From: an uncultured Spirochaetota bacterium | GTDB lineage: Bacteria; Spirochaetota; Spirochaetia; SZUA-6; Fen-1364 | Length of the DNA stretch: 64,000 nt | Assembly (NCBI GenBank): GCA_963734545.1 | Contig: CAVTHO010000005.1 | Span: 480,001 to 544,000 of the forward strand | Direction: 5' to 3' | Shown: positions 38,372 through 48,548 of the stretch, in pieces | Numbering within the stretch: the first letter of the stretch is position 1 | How the letters are laid out: the number at the start of each line of letters is the position of its first letter | The notes under the pieces: model-generated | What the model saw: only the letters and a program-made list of their open reading frames with translations | Databases searched by the model: none | Told to the model about the DNA's origin: nothing | Position numbers and translations under genes: made by a program

Positions 38372-40560
38372 CTAACGCGAGAGGAGCACCACGGTGGATC
38401 GTGCCTCGAGCCGGCACGTCTCCCGATTCAGCCGCTCCTCCTCGCCCGGCGCGACAATGTCGCGCGGCGACGGCAGAGCCGGTGTCGATGGCCTTGTACC
38501 ATCCCTCTTTGCCCTGCGGGATCGGCGCGAGGGTGAAGAGGACCTCCTCCTTCGACGCATTGAACATGATGAGGATGTCGTTGTCGTCCCGATCCGCGTC
38601 GATCTCGGACTTGTTTCCATCGATCACCAGCGCGAGGGTCCGACGCGCCGGCGGCCCAGTCCGCCGGCTCCGCCTCCTCGGTCAGCCACGTAATGTCGGG
38701 AATGGTCGTGTGCGCCGAGTTCTTTCCATCGTAGAACTCGGGCCGCAGGAATGCGGGATGGCGCAGGCGGAATCTGATGAGCTCCCTGCAGAAGCGATGG
38801 ATATCCGCATGTCGACGCAGGAATCGCCAATCGTACCAGGAGATTTCATTGTTCTGGCACCACGGGTTGTTGTTGCCTCGCTGTGTGCGGCGGAGCTCGT
38901 CGCCTCCCAGGATCATCGGCGTGCCGAGGGAAAGGAGGAGGGTGGCGAGGAAGTTCTTCACCTGCCTGTTCCTGACCGCCTCGATCAGCAGGGTCCTCGG
39001 TGGGGCCTTCGACTCCGTAGTTTGCGCTCTGATCCGGCGTGGCGCCGTCCTTGTTTTCTTCTCCATTCTCCTCGTTGTGCTTCTTCTCGTAGCTGACCAG
39101 GTCGTTGAGCGTGAATCCGTCGTGGGAATCGATGAAGTTGATGCTGTGAAACGGCTTCCTGCCGTCACGCAGGTACAGGTCCGAGCTGCCCGCGACGCGT
39201 GTCGCCAGGCGGCCGACCATCTCCCCATCCCCGCGCCAGAACCTGCGCACGTCGTCGCGGAACTTGTCGTTCCACTCCGCCCACCTGCCGCCGGGGAACC
39301 ATCCCACCTGGTATGCGCCGGCCGCGTCCCACGCCTCGGCAATGATCTTCGTGTGCCGCAGAACCGGGTCCTCCGCGATGCGCTCCAGGACGGGCGGGTT
39401 TTCCATCAGGTTGCCGTCCGGGTCCCGGCCCAGCACCGAGCCGAGATCGAAGCGGAAGCCGTCCACGTGCATCTCCATCACCCAGTAGCGCAGGCAGTCC
39501 AGCGATGAGCGAGCGCACGATGGGGTGATTGCAGTTCATGGTATTTCCGCACCCGGTGAAGTTGCGGTAGCGGCGCGGGTCCTTCTCGTCCAGCATGTAG
39601 TAGATGGAGTTGTCCCACCCGCGGAAGCACAGCGTCGGGCCGGACTCGTCGCCCTCCGCCGAGTGATTGAACACCATGTCGAGAATGACCTCGATGCCCG
39701 CCGCGTGCAGCTCCCGCACCATCTCCTTGAACTCGGTCACCTGCTGACCCAGCGCGCCGGCGCTCGAGTAGCGCCCCTTGGGAGCGAAGAAGGTGATGGT
39801 GTTGTAGCCCCAGTAGTTCTGCAGCCGCTCGCCCGTGACGGGATTCACGCGCGTGTTTTCCAGCTCGTCGAACTCCTGCACGGGCAGGAGCTCCAGCGAG
39901 GTGATCCCCAGCTCGGTGAAGTAGGGTATCTTCTCCGTCACTCCCCGGAAGGTGCCGGGGTGGGCGACTCCCGAGCTGGGGTGCAGCGTGAGGCCGCGCA
40001 CGTGGGTTTCATAGATCACGCTGAAGCGCAGGGGCCGGTTCAGAGGCTTGTCGCCCTTCCAGTCGAACTCATCCGAGATCACGATGCCCTTGGGCATGCC
40101 TTCGACTGTCGGAAGTGGTGGACATGCGCGGGCCCCTGTCCTTCGCGGCAGGCTCGTCACCGCGGGCATCGGCCAGGTTCCACGTGAAGTTGCCCGTGAC
40201 TGCCTTCACGTACGGATCGAGAAGGAGCTTGTTGCGATTGTACCGGTGTCCCTTTTCCGGCTGGTAGGGGCCGTCGACGCGGTAGAGGTAGCAGGTACCG
40301 GGGCCCACGCCGTCCACCTGCGCGTGCCAGACGTCGCCTGTCCTGTTGAGCCGCGGGTCCAGGGCGATTTCATGCGCCGGGGCGGAGTCACGAGGATTGG
40401 TAAAAAGCAGCAGCGACACCGCGGTGGCGTGCCTGCTGAAAACGGAGAACAGCGTCCCCCTGCCGTTCGGCGTGGCCCCGAACGGCAGGGGCTTGCCGGG
40501 AGAAACACGTACGAGCGGCGCGGTGATCGTTTCCTCCCTGTGTTCCCGGCCCGTTGTCAT
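38372..40560 (-). CDS. glgX: Glycogen debranching enzyme (at least 5 frameshifts, probably sequence errors)
   Basis: [58 protein letters not shown] and NNNPWCQ in successive frames. Confidence 0.92.
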
Positions 40561-41150
40561 GCCTGCGGGCCGCTGCCCGCCAGGCCGATCTCTTTTGCCA
40601 CTGCGCGCATGCCCATGATCGTCTCGGTGATGAGCGCGCCGAGCTCGACGCCCATCATCGCGGCGCCTTTTTCTATCACCGACCTGTTCACCCCGGCAGC
40701 GAAGCGCGCGTCCTTCCACTTCTTCTTTACCGAGGATGCCTCCATGTCCAGGACGCTGCGCGAGGGCCGCATGAGCGCCGAGGCCTTGACCAGACCCGTC
40801 AGCTCGTCCACCGCGTACAGTACCTTCTCCATGCGCTCCCGCGGCTCGACATCGGAGCAGATCCCCCAGCCGTGGCTCACCACGGCGCGGATGTAGTCCT
40901 CGGGCCATCCCGCCTCGGCCAGGATCTCGGGGCTCTTGCGGCAGTGCAGCTCGGGAAATCGCTCATAGTCGATGTCATGCACCAGGCCGATGATACCCCA
41001 CTTCTCCTCTTCCTCTCCGTACGTGCGCGCCATGTGCCGCATGACGGCTTCTACCGACAGCGCGTGGGCGAGAAGGCTCGCCGTGGCATTGTATTGCAGG
41101 AAGAGCGCAAGGGCTTCGGCACGGGTCGGCCTGTGTGTCTCGGAAGGCAT
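40557..41150 (-). CDS. HDIG domain metal-dependent hydrolase
   Basis: HALSVE, GLVHDIDYE, SHGW, AVDELTG, FAAGVNR. Confidence 0.9.
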   Translation of the reverse strand: MPSETHRPTRAEALALFLQYNATASLLAHALSVEAVMRHMARTYGEEEEKWGIIGLVHDIDYERFPELHCRKSPEILAEAGWPEDYIRAVVSHGWGICSDVEPRERMEKVLYAVDELTGLVKASALMRPSRSVLDMEASSVKKKWKDARFAAGVNRSVIEKGAAMMGVELGALITETIMGMRAVAKEIGLAGSGPQA

Positions 41151-41333
41151 GGCGGGAATTGTAGCGGTCCGGCGCGGCCCGGGCAAGAGCGCGTGCTGCG
41201 GTGCCTTGCACGAATGCCACGGCGTACCGCGGCTGCCGCACCCTGCATGATACTCCGTGCAGGTCAGCGGATTTCGGCGCTCGATTGCTTAGCAGGGCGC
41301 GGGTGAGTATCTTAGGAATCGGAGAGGCACATC

Positions 41334-41690
41334 GTGGGCACGCACGCGGGGGGCGAGAATCATCTTCCCGGCTCTTTTTTCGAGCTTATCCGCGTTTCGG
41401 ACATGCCCGTGCTGGTCGATTTCTGGGCCGAATGGTGCGGCCCCTGCCGGACGGTGTCGCCCGCAATCGAGCGAATTGCCCGGGAATACGCCGGTCGGGT
41501 GCTCACCGTGAAGGTGAACATTGACCACAAGCCGAATGTCGCGACGGCCTACGGGGTCGAGGGTATCCCCACCATCATGCTCTTCTGGAGGGGAGAGTGC
41601 CACATGAGACTCACCGGGGCATATCCCTACGAGGCCATACTGCAGAACATACAGGAGAACTGGCCCCAGGAGGCGGGCCCGGGCTCCTGA
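41334..41690 (+). CDS. trxA: Thioredoxin
   Basis: VLVDFWAEWCGPC, GIPT. Confidence 0.93.
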   Translation: MGTHAGGENHLPGSFFELIRVSDMPVLVDFWAEWCGPCRTVSPAIERIAREYAGRVLTVKVNIDHKPNVATAYGVEGIPTIMLFWRGECHMRLTGAYPYEAILQNIQENWPQEAGPGS

Positions 41691-41696
41691 GACGCT

Positions 41697-44177
41697 TCAG
41701 GTGATTCCCCTGATCTCCACGAGCGCGGCCCGGGCCGCGGCTTTTCCGGCAGAGGATTGCAGCCATCGCCCCAGCGGAAACTTCGGCCCGACGAGCAGAT
41801 CCAGCGTCCACCCGTCGCGGGTCTCCGCGCACGTCCCTTCCATCAGCATTCTCTTCTTCAGCGACTTTTCGGCCGGCACCAGTCTCTGCGCGCCGCCCGC
41901 GCGGAAAAGGGTGACGGGCGCATGCGCGTCCCGGAGAAACGCCGCGAGATTCTCCGGCGCGTGAGGGAAAAGCGATGAGGGAAGCTCCACGCGCATCCTC
42001 AAGCCTCGAAAGGCCCCCGGCTCCCAGTCCTGGACGATAGGGCCGAACGTGCCGCCTTCAGGCTCCTGTATTCCCGCCAGCTCGTCCGTATCCCACGCGG
42101 TGACAGCCGCGACGGTGTGCCCGTACCAGGGTGTCTCTTCACCGAGTATTCCCGAGGCATCAACAAGGACCTCCCTGACCTCGAGGACGTTCGCGAGCTG
42201 GGCCGGTTTTCTTTCGAGCAGCTTTCTCATGAGCCAGGCCTCGGCCCATCGAGTGCCCAGACCTGCGGCCTCCCGGGGGATGCTCACCCTCATGAATACA
42301 GGCCGCAGGTGATGCTTCCTGCTCATGAGCGACGCGAGGCCGCCGACCGCCTTTGCAGAATCCGCCGCGTACGTCCGCGTTATTCCCGCGCCGGCCCCGG
42401 CCCTGCGCGGGCTGCGCGTGCAGCCGGGACACATTGCGCATTCGTGCGATCCTTCCACCCCCCTGCGGCAGTAGCCGGCGTCCCGCCCTGCTTTTGCCTC
42501 TTCGTACTGGGCATGGAGTGATGCCGTTGTCTGCTCGTCTTCCAGGAAGGGGAAGGCGAAGAGACGGCTCCGCGGCTTCTCCCCCTCAATCTCGACGCTG
42601 TGGGTGACACGCCATGCGCTGACCTGGGGGCCGGCCTCCCGCGGCAACCCTCTCTCCGCGATGCATCCTGCCTCCGCAATCCTTTCGAGAAGGGCGTGCA
42701 GCGAGTGCCCGCCCAGCGCGAATGCCTGGGTCGCTTCGTATTCGGCCCAGGGCATTGCGAGCCTGAATTCGAACCCATTGGTCTCACAGATCGATTTCGC
42801 CCGTCCGGCCGCCTGCCGCCACGCCCGCTCATCCAGAACGGGCGGATCGTATCGCAGGGGGGTGAACGGCATGCGGACGAGCAGGCCGAAGCTGAAAAGA
42901 ATGCGCGGCGGCGAATCGGATTTCATGCGGAGCTGCTTCATCCATTTCATGAAATCAGCGAACTCTTCGAAGTCCCGGTTGCTTTCGCGCCCGGTGAGCA
43001 GGTAGAAGAGCTTCAGCTCGCGCGTCCTCCGTGCGTGAAGGGCTTCCAGCACGCCGCGGATATCCGCGTCGTCGAGGCTCTTCTGCAGAAACCGCCGGAC
43101 GCTTCCGCTGATCCCTTCGATGCCGAGGGTAAAGCTCGTCTTGTCTGCGGCAAGCTCCAGATCCAGGAGTCCCGGCGTGCGCGCAAGAATGTCCACGCGC
43201 TGGCTCATCAGGTTCACCCGGTGGAAAAGAATGTTGAGATCGTGCAGGAGAGCGGCAATCTCGGAATGCGTATTGAAGTTGAAGCTTTCGATCTCGAGGG
43301 TGTCCGCCCCGGTGCGCAGCTTCAGCTCACGCGCCGCGCGGAGTATGACGGAGCCGGGGACCTCGCGGAATGGCTTTCTGTCGTGGCCTTCGTAGCAGAA
43401 GGAGCAGAAGCACGGGCATCCCCGGGTGATCGAAAGCCGGGCGGTCGCGGCTTCAGCTCCCGGCAGGATCGGCGCGGCAAGGCCCTCCTGGCCGGTATCG
43501 GAATCAGCGCAGGCGGTCTTTCCCACCCGGACCGCGAAGCTCCCGGCGGGCCACAGCCCCGGCACCTCGGCGGCGATACGGTTCATGCGCTCCCGCTTCC
43601 GCAGACCGGCCAGTGCGCGGCTCATGCGCGCGATCCTGCTCACGCTTCCCTCACCCTCTCCAAAGAAGACCGCGTCCGCCATGCAGTCCCCGCTCTCGGA
43701 GACGAGCGCATGGGCGGCGGTGCCGTTGGATCCGCCGAGGATGAGGGGCGGCCACTGCTCGCCGCGGGCCCCGGCCCACAACGGGATTCCCGAGTGCGCC
43801 AGAAGGAACGGCAGGTTCACCTGTTCGAGAAGCCACGCGTTGGACACCAGCACCAGGTCGAAGTCTTCGACGGACCGATGAGACTGGGTTCCGATGAGAA
43901 GGGGAAGACCCGCCTCCTCGAAGAGGCGCGCGTCTTCGGCGCGCGGGAGGAACGCCATGTCGATGAATGCATCGGGCAGAGCCGCACGGACCTCGCGCGC
44001 CAGAAACGCGTGGGGCGTGGATCGCTCGACATCGGCGAAGCGTGAGAGGCGCAGGACGAGCGCATGAAAGCTGCTTTCTTCCCAGGGCAGGTTGCCGAAT
44101 GTGGGATTGGCCAGATAGAGGCGAAAGTCCCTCACGCGGTGAAGTGATTGGCGGAAGTACTCATTGTACAGAGGCAT
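41697..44177 (-). CDS. Radical SAM protein, divergent TIGR03960-like, with long C-terminal extension
   Basis: ITRGCPCFCSFC (CxxxCxxC); N-terminal PLILGG...FFGEGE segment; later C...CxxCxxC cluster; AAGGAG SD. Confidence 0.82.
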   Translation of the reverse strand: MPLYNEYFRQSLHRVRDFRLYLANPTFGNLPWEESSFHALVLRLSRFADVERSTPHAFLAREVRAALPDAFIDMAFLPRAEDARLFEEAGLPLLIGTQSHRSVEDFDLVLVSNAWLLEQVNLPFLLAHSGIPLWAGARGEQWPPLILGGSNGTAAHALVSESGDCMADAVFFGEGEGSVSRIARMSRALAGLRKRERMNRIAAEVPGLWPAGSFAVRVGKTACADSDTGQEGLAAPILPGAEAATARLSITRGCPCFCSFCYEGHDRKPFREVPGSVILRAARELKLRTGADTLEIESFNFNTHSEIAALLHDLNILFHRVNLMSQRVDILARTPGLLDLELAADKTSFTLGIEGISGSVRRFLQKSLDDADIRGVLEALHARRTRELKLFYLLTGRESNRDFEEFADFMKWMKQLRMKSDSPPRILFSFGLLVRMPFTPLRYDPPVLDERAWRQAAGRAKSICETNGFEFRLAMPWAEYEATQAFALGGHSLHALLERIAEAGCIAERGLPREAGPQVSAWRVTHSVEIEGEKPRSRLFAFPFLEDEQTTASLHAQYEEAKAGRDAGYCRRGVEGSHECAMCPGCTRSPRRAGAGAGITRTYAADSAKAVGGLASLMSRKHHLRPVFMRVSIPREAAGLGTRWAEAWLMRKLLERKPAQLANVLEVREVLVDASGILGEETPWYGHTVAAVTAWDTDELAGIQEPEGGTFGPIVQDWEPGAFRGLRMRVELPSSLFPHAPENLAAFLRDAHAPVTLFRAGGAQRLVPAEKSLKKRMLMEGTCAETRDGWTLDLLVGPKFPLGRWLQSSAGKAAARAALVEIRGIT

Positions 44178-44286
44178 GCAGGCTCCTTACTGTAGCCCGG
44201 AACCTCCGGCCGATGGAAGGGGAGCTTGCGCGATGCATCAAACAGGACTATGCTCGGTGATCTTTTCGCAACAAGAAGGAGACGCG

Positions 44287-44859
44287 ATGAAAAGGGTTCT
44301 CTCGCGCCTTGCGCCTCTGCTCATGATTCTGGCAATTCTCGGCTGCGGTCCGGCAGCCGTCGTGGACAAGAAGATGGTGCAGATGACCTACACGGGAACA
44401 CTCCCCGACGGGACCGTCTTCGGAAAGTCGGAGCCGGACAAACCCATCGAGTTCATGATCGGCGCCGGGAAAATGATTCCCGCGCTGGAGAAGGGGATCA
44501 TGGGCCTGAAGGTCGGGGCCAAGAAGAAGATAGAGGTCAAGGCAGCGGATGCATACGGGGAGTATGACGCGAGCGCGGTCCAGGAAGTTCCCAAGGAGCA
44601 GTTCCCGAAAGAGCTCCCGCTCACAGTGGGTCAGCTGTACAGGGTCCAGACACCACAGGGACCGCTCACGGTGACGATTATCGCGGTCAAGGACAAGACA
44701 ATCTCCGTGGACTTCAACCATCCCCTCGCCGGCAAGGATCTCACGTTCGATGTCGAGATCATAAAGATACGTGATGCCACGAAGGCGGAGCTCGCCGAGG
44801 CCTTCCCTGCCCTGGAACGCCCCGCGGCAGGGCCATCGGCCCCGCAGGGCTCCAAGTAG
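44287..44859 (+). CDS. FKBP-type peptidyl-prolyl isomerase (SlyD-like) with lipoprotein signal
   Basis: MIPALEKG, DAYGE, VDFNHPLAGKDLTFDVEI; MKR-hydrophobic-ILGC signal. Confidence 0.9.
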   Translation: MKRVLSRLAPLLMILAILGCGPAAVVDKKMVQMTYTGTLPDGTVFGKSEPDKPIEFMIGAGKMIPALEKGIMGLKVGAKKKIEVKAADAYGEYDASAVQEVPKEQFPKELPLTVGQLYRVQTPQGPLTVTIIAVKDKTISVDFNHPLAGKDLTFDVEIIKIRDATKAELAEAFPALERPAAGPSAPQGSK

Positions 44860-44904
44860 GGCCGAACTTTACTCGCGCCCGGCTATTCCCTATACTGCCG
44901 GGCG

Positions 44905-46131
44905 ATGTCTCTGCGCGTTTTTCTCACCGCCGATCTTCACCTCGGGATGAAATTCGCGCAGTACCCCGCGGCGCACGCGGCGCTCGAGGAAGAGCGCTTT
45001 CTTTGTCTTGAGCGCATGGTCGCGGCGGCAGGCGAGAGCCGCTGCGATCTCTTTGTCATTGCGGGGGATCTCTTTCACCGAGTGTCCATGACGAAACGGG
45101 ACACGGAGAGAGCCGCCCGGGCGCTTCGTGCCTTTCCCGGGAAGTGCGTTGCGGTGCTCCCCGGCAATCACGACTACTACTCATCAGACGACGAGCTCTG
45201 GCCCCGGTTCCGCGATGCAAGCGGGGATTCTGTTCTTTTCCTCGACCAGCAGCGACCCTACCCGCTCCGTGATTACGAAATCGATGCGTGCGTGTACCCG
45301 GGGCCGTGTCTTTCCATTCACTCCGCGGCGAGCGCCGTTGGGTGGGTTCGCGGTGCCGCCCGGGAGGCCGCCTTCCGCCACCACATCGGAATTGCGCATG
45401 GAAGCCTCGAAGGGGTCTCACCGGATTTCACCGAGAGCTACTTTCCCATGAAGGTCGCGGACCTTCTCTCTTCCGGCATGGACGCGTGGCTGCTCGGACA
45501 CACGCACGTGCGCTATCCCGCGCTGCCCTCGCGTCAGGACAGGATCTACTACCCCGGCACCCCGGCGCCCGACGGATTCGATTGCACGCACGCAGGCTCC
45601 GCCTGGCTGATCGAGCTGGGCGACAACAGGGAGGTTTCCGCGCAGCCGCTCAGCACGGGCGCTATCCGATTCGAGGATCGCACCCTGGAGGTGAAGGGCG
45701 CCGAGGACCTGGCCGCGCTGGAGGAGGCCGGCGGCCCTGCAGGCGCCGCTCAATCCGCCGGATACGGGAGTACCCGTTCGGGGAATACCCCGTACGGCGG
45801 CGCCATTCAATCCGCCGGGTACGGCGGCGCCATTCAATCCGCCGGGTACGGCGGCGCGGCGGATAAAACCCTGCTCAGGCTGCGGCTGAAAGGTCGCGTC
45901 ACGAGGGAGATCCTCTCGAGTATCGGTCCTTTTCGCGCGCGCATGGCGGAGCGGCTGATGCACCTGGAGCTCCGCACGGAGGATCTCCGCGAAGCGATCA
46001 CCCGTGAGGCAATCGACAGGGAGTACCCCGTGGGATCCTTCCCCCATGCGCTGTTGTCTCAGCTCGCCGAGGAAGGCGAAGCGGAGGCTCTGCAGATTGC
46101 GCACGAGCTGCTGCAGGAGCTGCTTCCGTGA
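44905..46131 (+). CDS. Mre11/SbcD-like metallophosphoesterase (YhaO-type DNA repair exonuclease)
   Basis: TADLHLG, AGDLFH, PGNHD, IAHGS, LGHTH, YPGTP. Confidence 0.92.
   Translation: MSLRVFLTADLHLGMKFAQYPAAHAALEEERFLCLERMVAAAGESRCDLFVIAGDLFHRVSMTKRDTERAARALRAFPGKCVAVLPGNHDYYSSDDELWPRFRDASGDSVLFLDQQRPYPLRDYEIDACVYPGPCLSIHSAASAVGWVRGAAREAAFRHHIGIAHGSLEGVSPDFTESYFPMKVADLLSSGMDAWLLGHTHVRYPALPSRQDRIYYPGTPAPDGFDCTHAGSAWLIELGDNREVSAQPLSTGAIRFEDRTLEVKGAEDLAALEEAGGPAGAAQSAGYGSTRSGNTPYGGAIQSAGYGGAIQSAGYGGAADKTLLRLRLKGRVTREILSSIGPFRARMAERLMHLELRTEDLREAITREAIDREYPVGSFPHALLSQLAEEGEAEALQIAHELLQELLP
45752..45857 (+). repeat. REP-like array inserted in-frame in the nuclease gene
   Basis: AATCCGCCG-G(G/A)TA-CGGCGGCGC x3 (27-nt period); the first unit carries the 30-nt cassette; translates as QSAGYGSTRSGNTPYGGAIQSAGYGGAIQSAGYGGA. 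Confidence 0.9.
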
Positions 46132-48548
46132 TCGTGCGCCGCCTGCGGGTCTTTCCCTTCGGCTGTTTCGATGACAAGGAAATAGTCTTTGCTCCGGGAT
46201 TGAACGTGATCCTCGGGCCCAACGAAGCGGGCAAATCGACGCTCTTCAACGCGGTGAAGAGCTCCTTTCTGCGGACGAGACTCACAAAGCCGAAGTTCGC
46301 CCAGTTCATCGAAAGGTTTCTGCCCGCCGGCGGTGGAGACATCGTCCGCCTGGAGGTCGAGTTCACGGCGGCGGACGTCACGTGGGTTCTCAGGCGCAGA
46401 TGGGGTCACGCGCCTGCCTCGGAGTTGACGGGGCAGGGAAGAGGCACGATCGGGGACGACGACGCCATCGCAGAAAAGCTCGAAGCGCTGCTTCCGGCAA
46501 AGCAGGGGACCTTCTGGAAAGTGCTCATGACAGGGCAGAGCGAGCTCGCCGCGACCCTGGATTCGCTGCGGAAGGAGGGCAGGGAGGCGCTTGCGGATCT
46601 GACCGACATGCTGCGGCGCGCGGTGCTGGCCACTGGAGGCGTACCGGTGGACAGGTTCCTCGACCTCCTGGGGGAACGGCGCGACGAGGCCTTCTCACGC
46701 TGGGACCGGGCGCGTGCCGGTCCCGAAGGCAATCACGGCATCGAGAATCCCTGGAAGAACAGGATCGGAACGATCCTTCAGGCCTGGTACGAGACGGAGA
46801 CGGTCAAGAGGAGCGGGAAGAGCGCCGAGGCATACGAGTCCGGGCTTGATGCCGTCAACGGCCGGCTCCGGGCAACGGCTGCCGAGCTTGCGCTGCGTGA
46901 GGCCTTTGTTTCCGGGAACGAGACCGCGGCCCGGGATGCGCGGGAGCGGCGCATCCTCGACGCGGAGCTGAAGTCGGTCCGGCAGGAGATGGAGGCTCTG
47001 CGCAAGGTATCGCTGGAATGGCCCGTTGCCGCCCACAAGGCCCGGGAGCTGGAGAAGGCCCTGGCTGAGGGGGAAGCCGCGCGCGGGCCGCTCGGGGAGG
47101 AGCTCCTGGCCGCGCAAAAGGCGGAAGACACGCGGGGCCTGAGGGACAAGCTCGCGCGCGTGCTGAAGAAGGAGGCGCAGCTCGAACAGGCGCGCGGGAG
47201 GCTCGCCGCTCTGCCCCGGCTCGACAAGACCGCGCTGGAGGAAATCCGCGGAGCTTCGACGCTGCTCGAAAAGCTGCAGGCCGGCGTGGAGGCGGGCAGG
47301 CTCGCCGTGACCGTGGTCGGCAGGGCGGGTGTCGAGCTCGTCGTGCAGGAAGATTTCGATCCGGAGACCAGGAAAATGCTCGGCCCCGGCGAGACCGCCC
47401 GGCTGCAGGCCGGCGGACGTGTGCGGATCGTGCATCCCGACATGGAGATCGAAGTGAGGTCGGGGGACGTGGACTCCCTTGCCCGGGCTGAGAAAGCGGG
47501 CGCTGCCCGGCGCGCGCTGGAGGCACTGCTCGCGCGTCACGGGGTGCCCGACACCGCCGAGGCGGAAAAGCGCAGCCGTGCATATGAAGCAGGCGCCGTC
47601 GAGGTCGAATCCGCGGCGAAGAACCTTGAGGAGGAGCTTGCAGGGGAATCCCTTGCGGAGATCAAGATGCGTGTCGAGGCGCTCGGTCAGGCGGCTGTCA
47701 CCCGGCCCCTTGCGGCGATCGCCTCCGCGCTTGCCACGCTCCAGGCGCAAAGTGGAGCGCGGTCCAGCGAGCTTGCCGAGATCCGCAGGAGGATGGGGGA
47801 CTGGGCATCGGATTTCGGCACGCCGGAAGAGCTCCTCGACAGGCTCGCGGGTGCGAAAAGCCGCGAATCCGGTCTTGTCGGCCGGCTTTCCCGATCATCG
47901 CCGATGCCGGCAGGGTTTTCAGACGCCGAGTCTTTCCTGCGGGATTTCGAATCGGCGCAGAAAAGGCTTGCGGACCTCAGGGTGGAGCTGAAAGGACTCG
48001 AGGGGCAGAAGAATGCACTCGTGGACAAGGCGCCGGATCAATCGGCGGAGGAGCTTGCCGGCCAGGCGAGGGACGCGGAAGAGGCCTTTCAGATCGAGCT
48101 TCGGCGCGGCGCGGCGCTGGAGCGCATCGATGCGGTTGCCCGCAGCCTGCTCGGAGAAAACGCCTCTTCGATATACGACGGCATGCGCGCCGAGCTGGAG
48201 AAGCTGATCGCCGCCATGACCGGTGGCCGCCACCTCTGGGTCGAGATGGACGGCTCCCTGCCGCGGGCGCTTGCGGACGGCAAGGGCGCCCGCATCGGCT
48301 GGGAGCTGCTTTCCGGGGGCACCAGGGACACGCTGGCTCTTGCCCTGCGGCTGGCCATGGCGGCATATTTCCTGCAGGGTTCCGACGGCTTCATGATGAT
48401 GGACGATCCCCTGGTGGACATGGACCCCACGCGGCGAAGAGCCGCGGCCCGATGCCTTGCCTCTTTCGGTTCGGCCCGGCAGCTCATCCTCTTCACCTGT
48501 CACCCGTCAACGGCGGAGGTGTTGGGCGGAAACTTGATCCGACTGTGA
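46128..48548 (+). CDS. Rad50/SbcC-like coiled-coil ATPase (YhaN-type)
   Basis: Walker A GPNEAGKST, long coiled coil, LSGGT signature, MMDDPLVDMD Walker B/D-loop, FTCH. Confidence 0.92.
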   Translation: MIVRRLRVFPFGCFDDKEIVFAPGLNVILGPNEAGKSTLFNAVKSSFLRTRLTKPKFAQFIERFLPAGGGDIVRLEVEFTAADVTWVLRRRWGHAPASELTGQGRGTIGDDDAIAEKLEALLPAKQGTFWKVLMTGQSELAATLDSLRKEGREALADLTDMLRRAVLATGGVPVDRFLDLLGERRDEAFSRWDRARAGPEGNHGIENPWKNRIGTILQAWYETETVKRSGKSAEAYESGLDAVNGRLRATAAELALREAFVSGNETAARDARERRILDAELKSVRQEMEALRKVSLEWPVAAHKARELEKALAEGEAARGPLGEELLAAQKAEDTRGLRDKLARVLKKEAQLEQARGRLAALPRLDKTALEEIRGASTLLEKLQAGVEAGRLAVTVVGRAGVELVVQEDFDPETRKMLGPGETARLQAGGRVRIVHPDMEIEVRSGDVDSLARAEKAGAARRALEALLARHGVPDTAEAEKRSRAYEAGAVEVESAAKNLEEELAGESLAEIKMRVEALGQAAVTRPLAAIASALATLQAQSGARSSELAEIRRRMGDWASDFGTPEELLDRLAGAKSRESGLVGRLSRSSPMPAGFSDAESFLRDFESAQKRLADLRVELKGLEGQKNALVDKAPDQSAEELAGQARDAEEAFQIELRRGAALERIDAVARSLLGENASSIYDGMRAELEKLIAAMTGGRHLWVEMDGSLPRALADGKGARIGWELLSGGTRDTLALALRLAMAAYFLQGSDGFMMMDDPLVDMDPTRRRAAARCLASFGSARQLILFTCHPSTAEVLGGNLIRL

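Noticed and set aside
40069-40908. 279-aa ORF suggesting an extended glgX N-terminus
   Set aside because: The upstream part is an off-frame reading of the HDIG gene; glgX starts at the ATGA overlap at 40560
45752-45857. Repeat arrays (also 12226, 26950, 28373) as CRISPR
   Set aside because: Units are adjacent with 3-5 nt constant linkers, there are no unique spacers, and no cas genes are present
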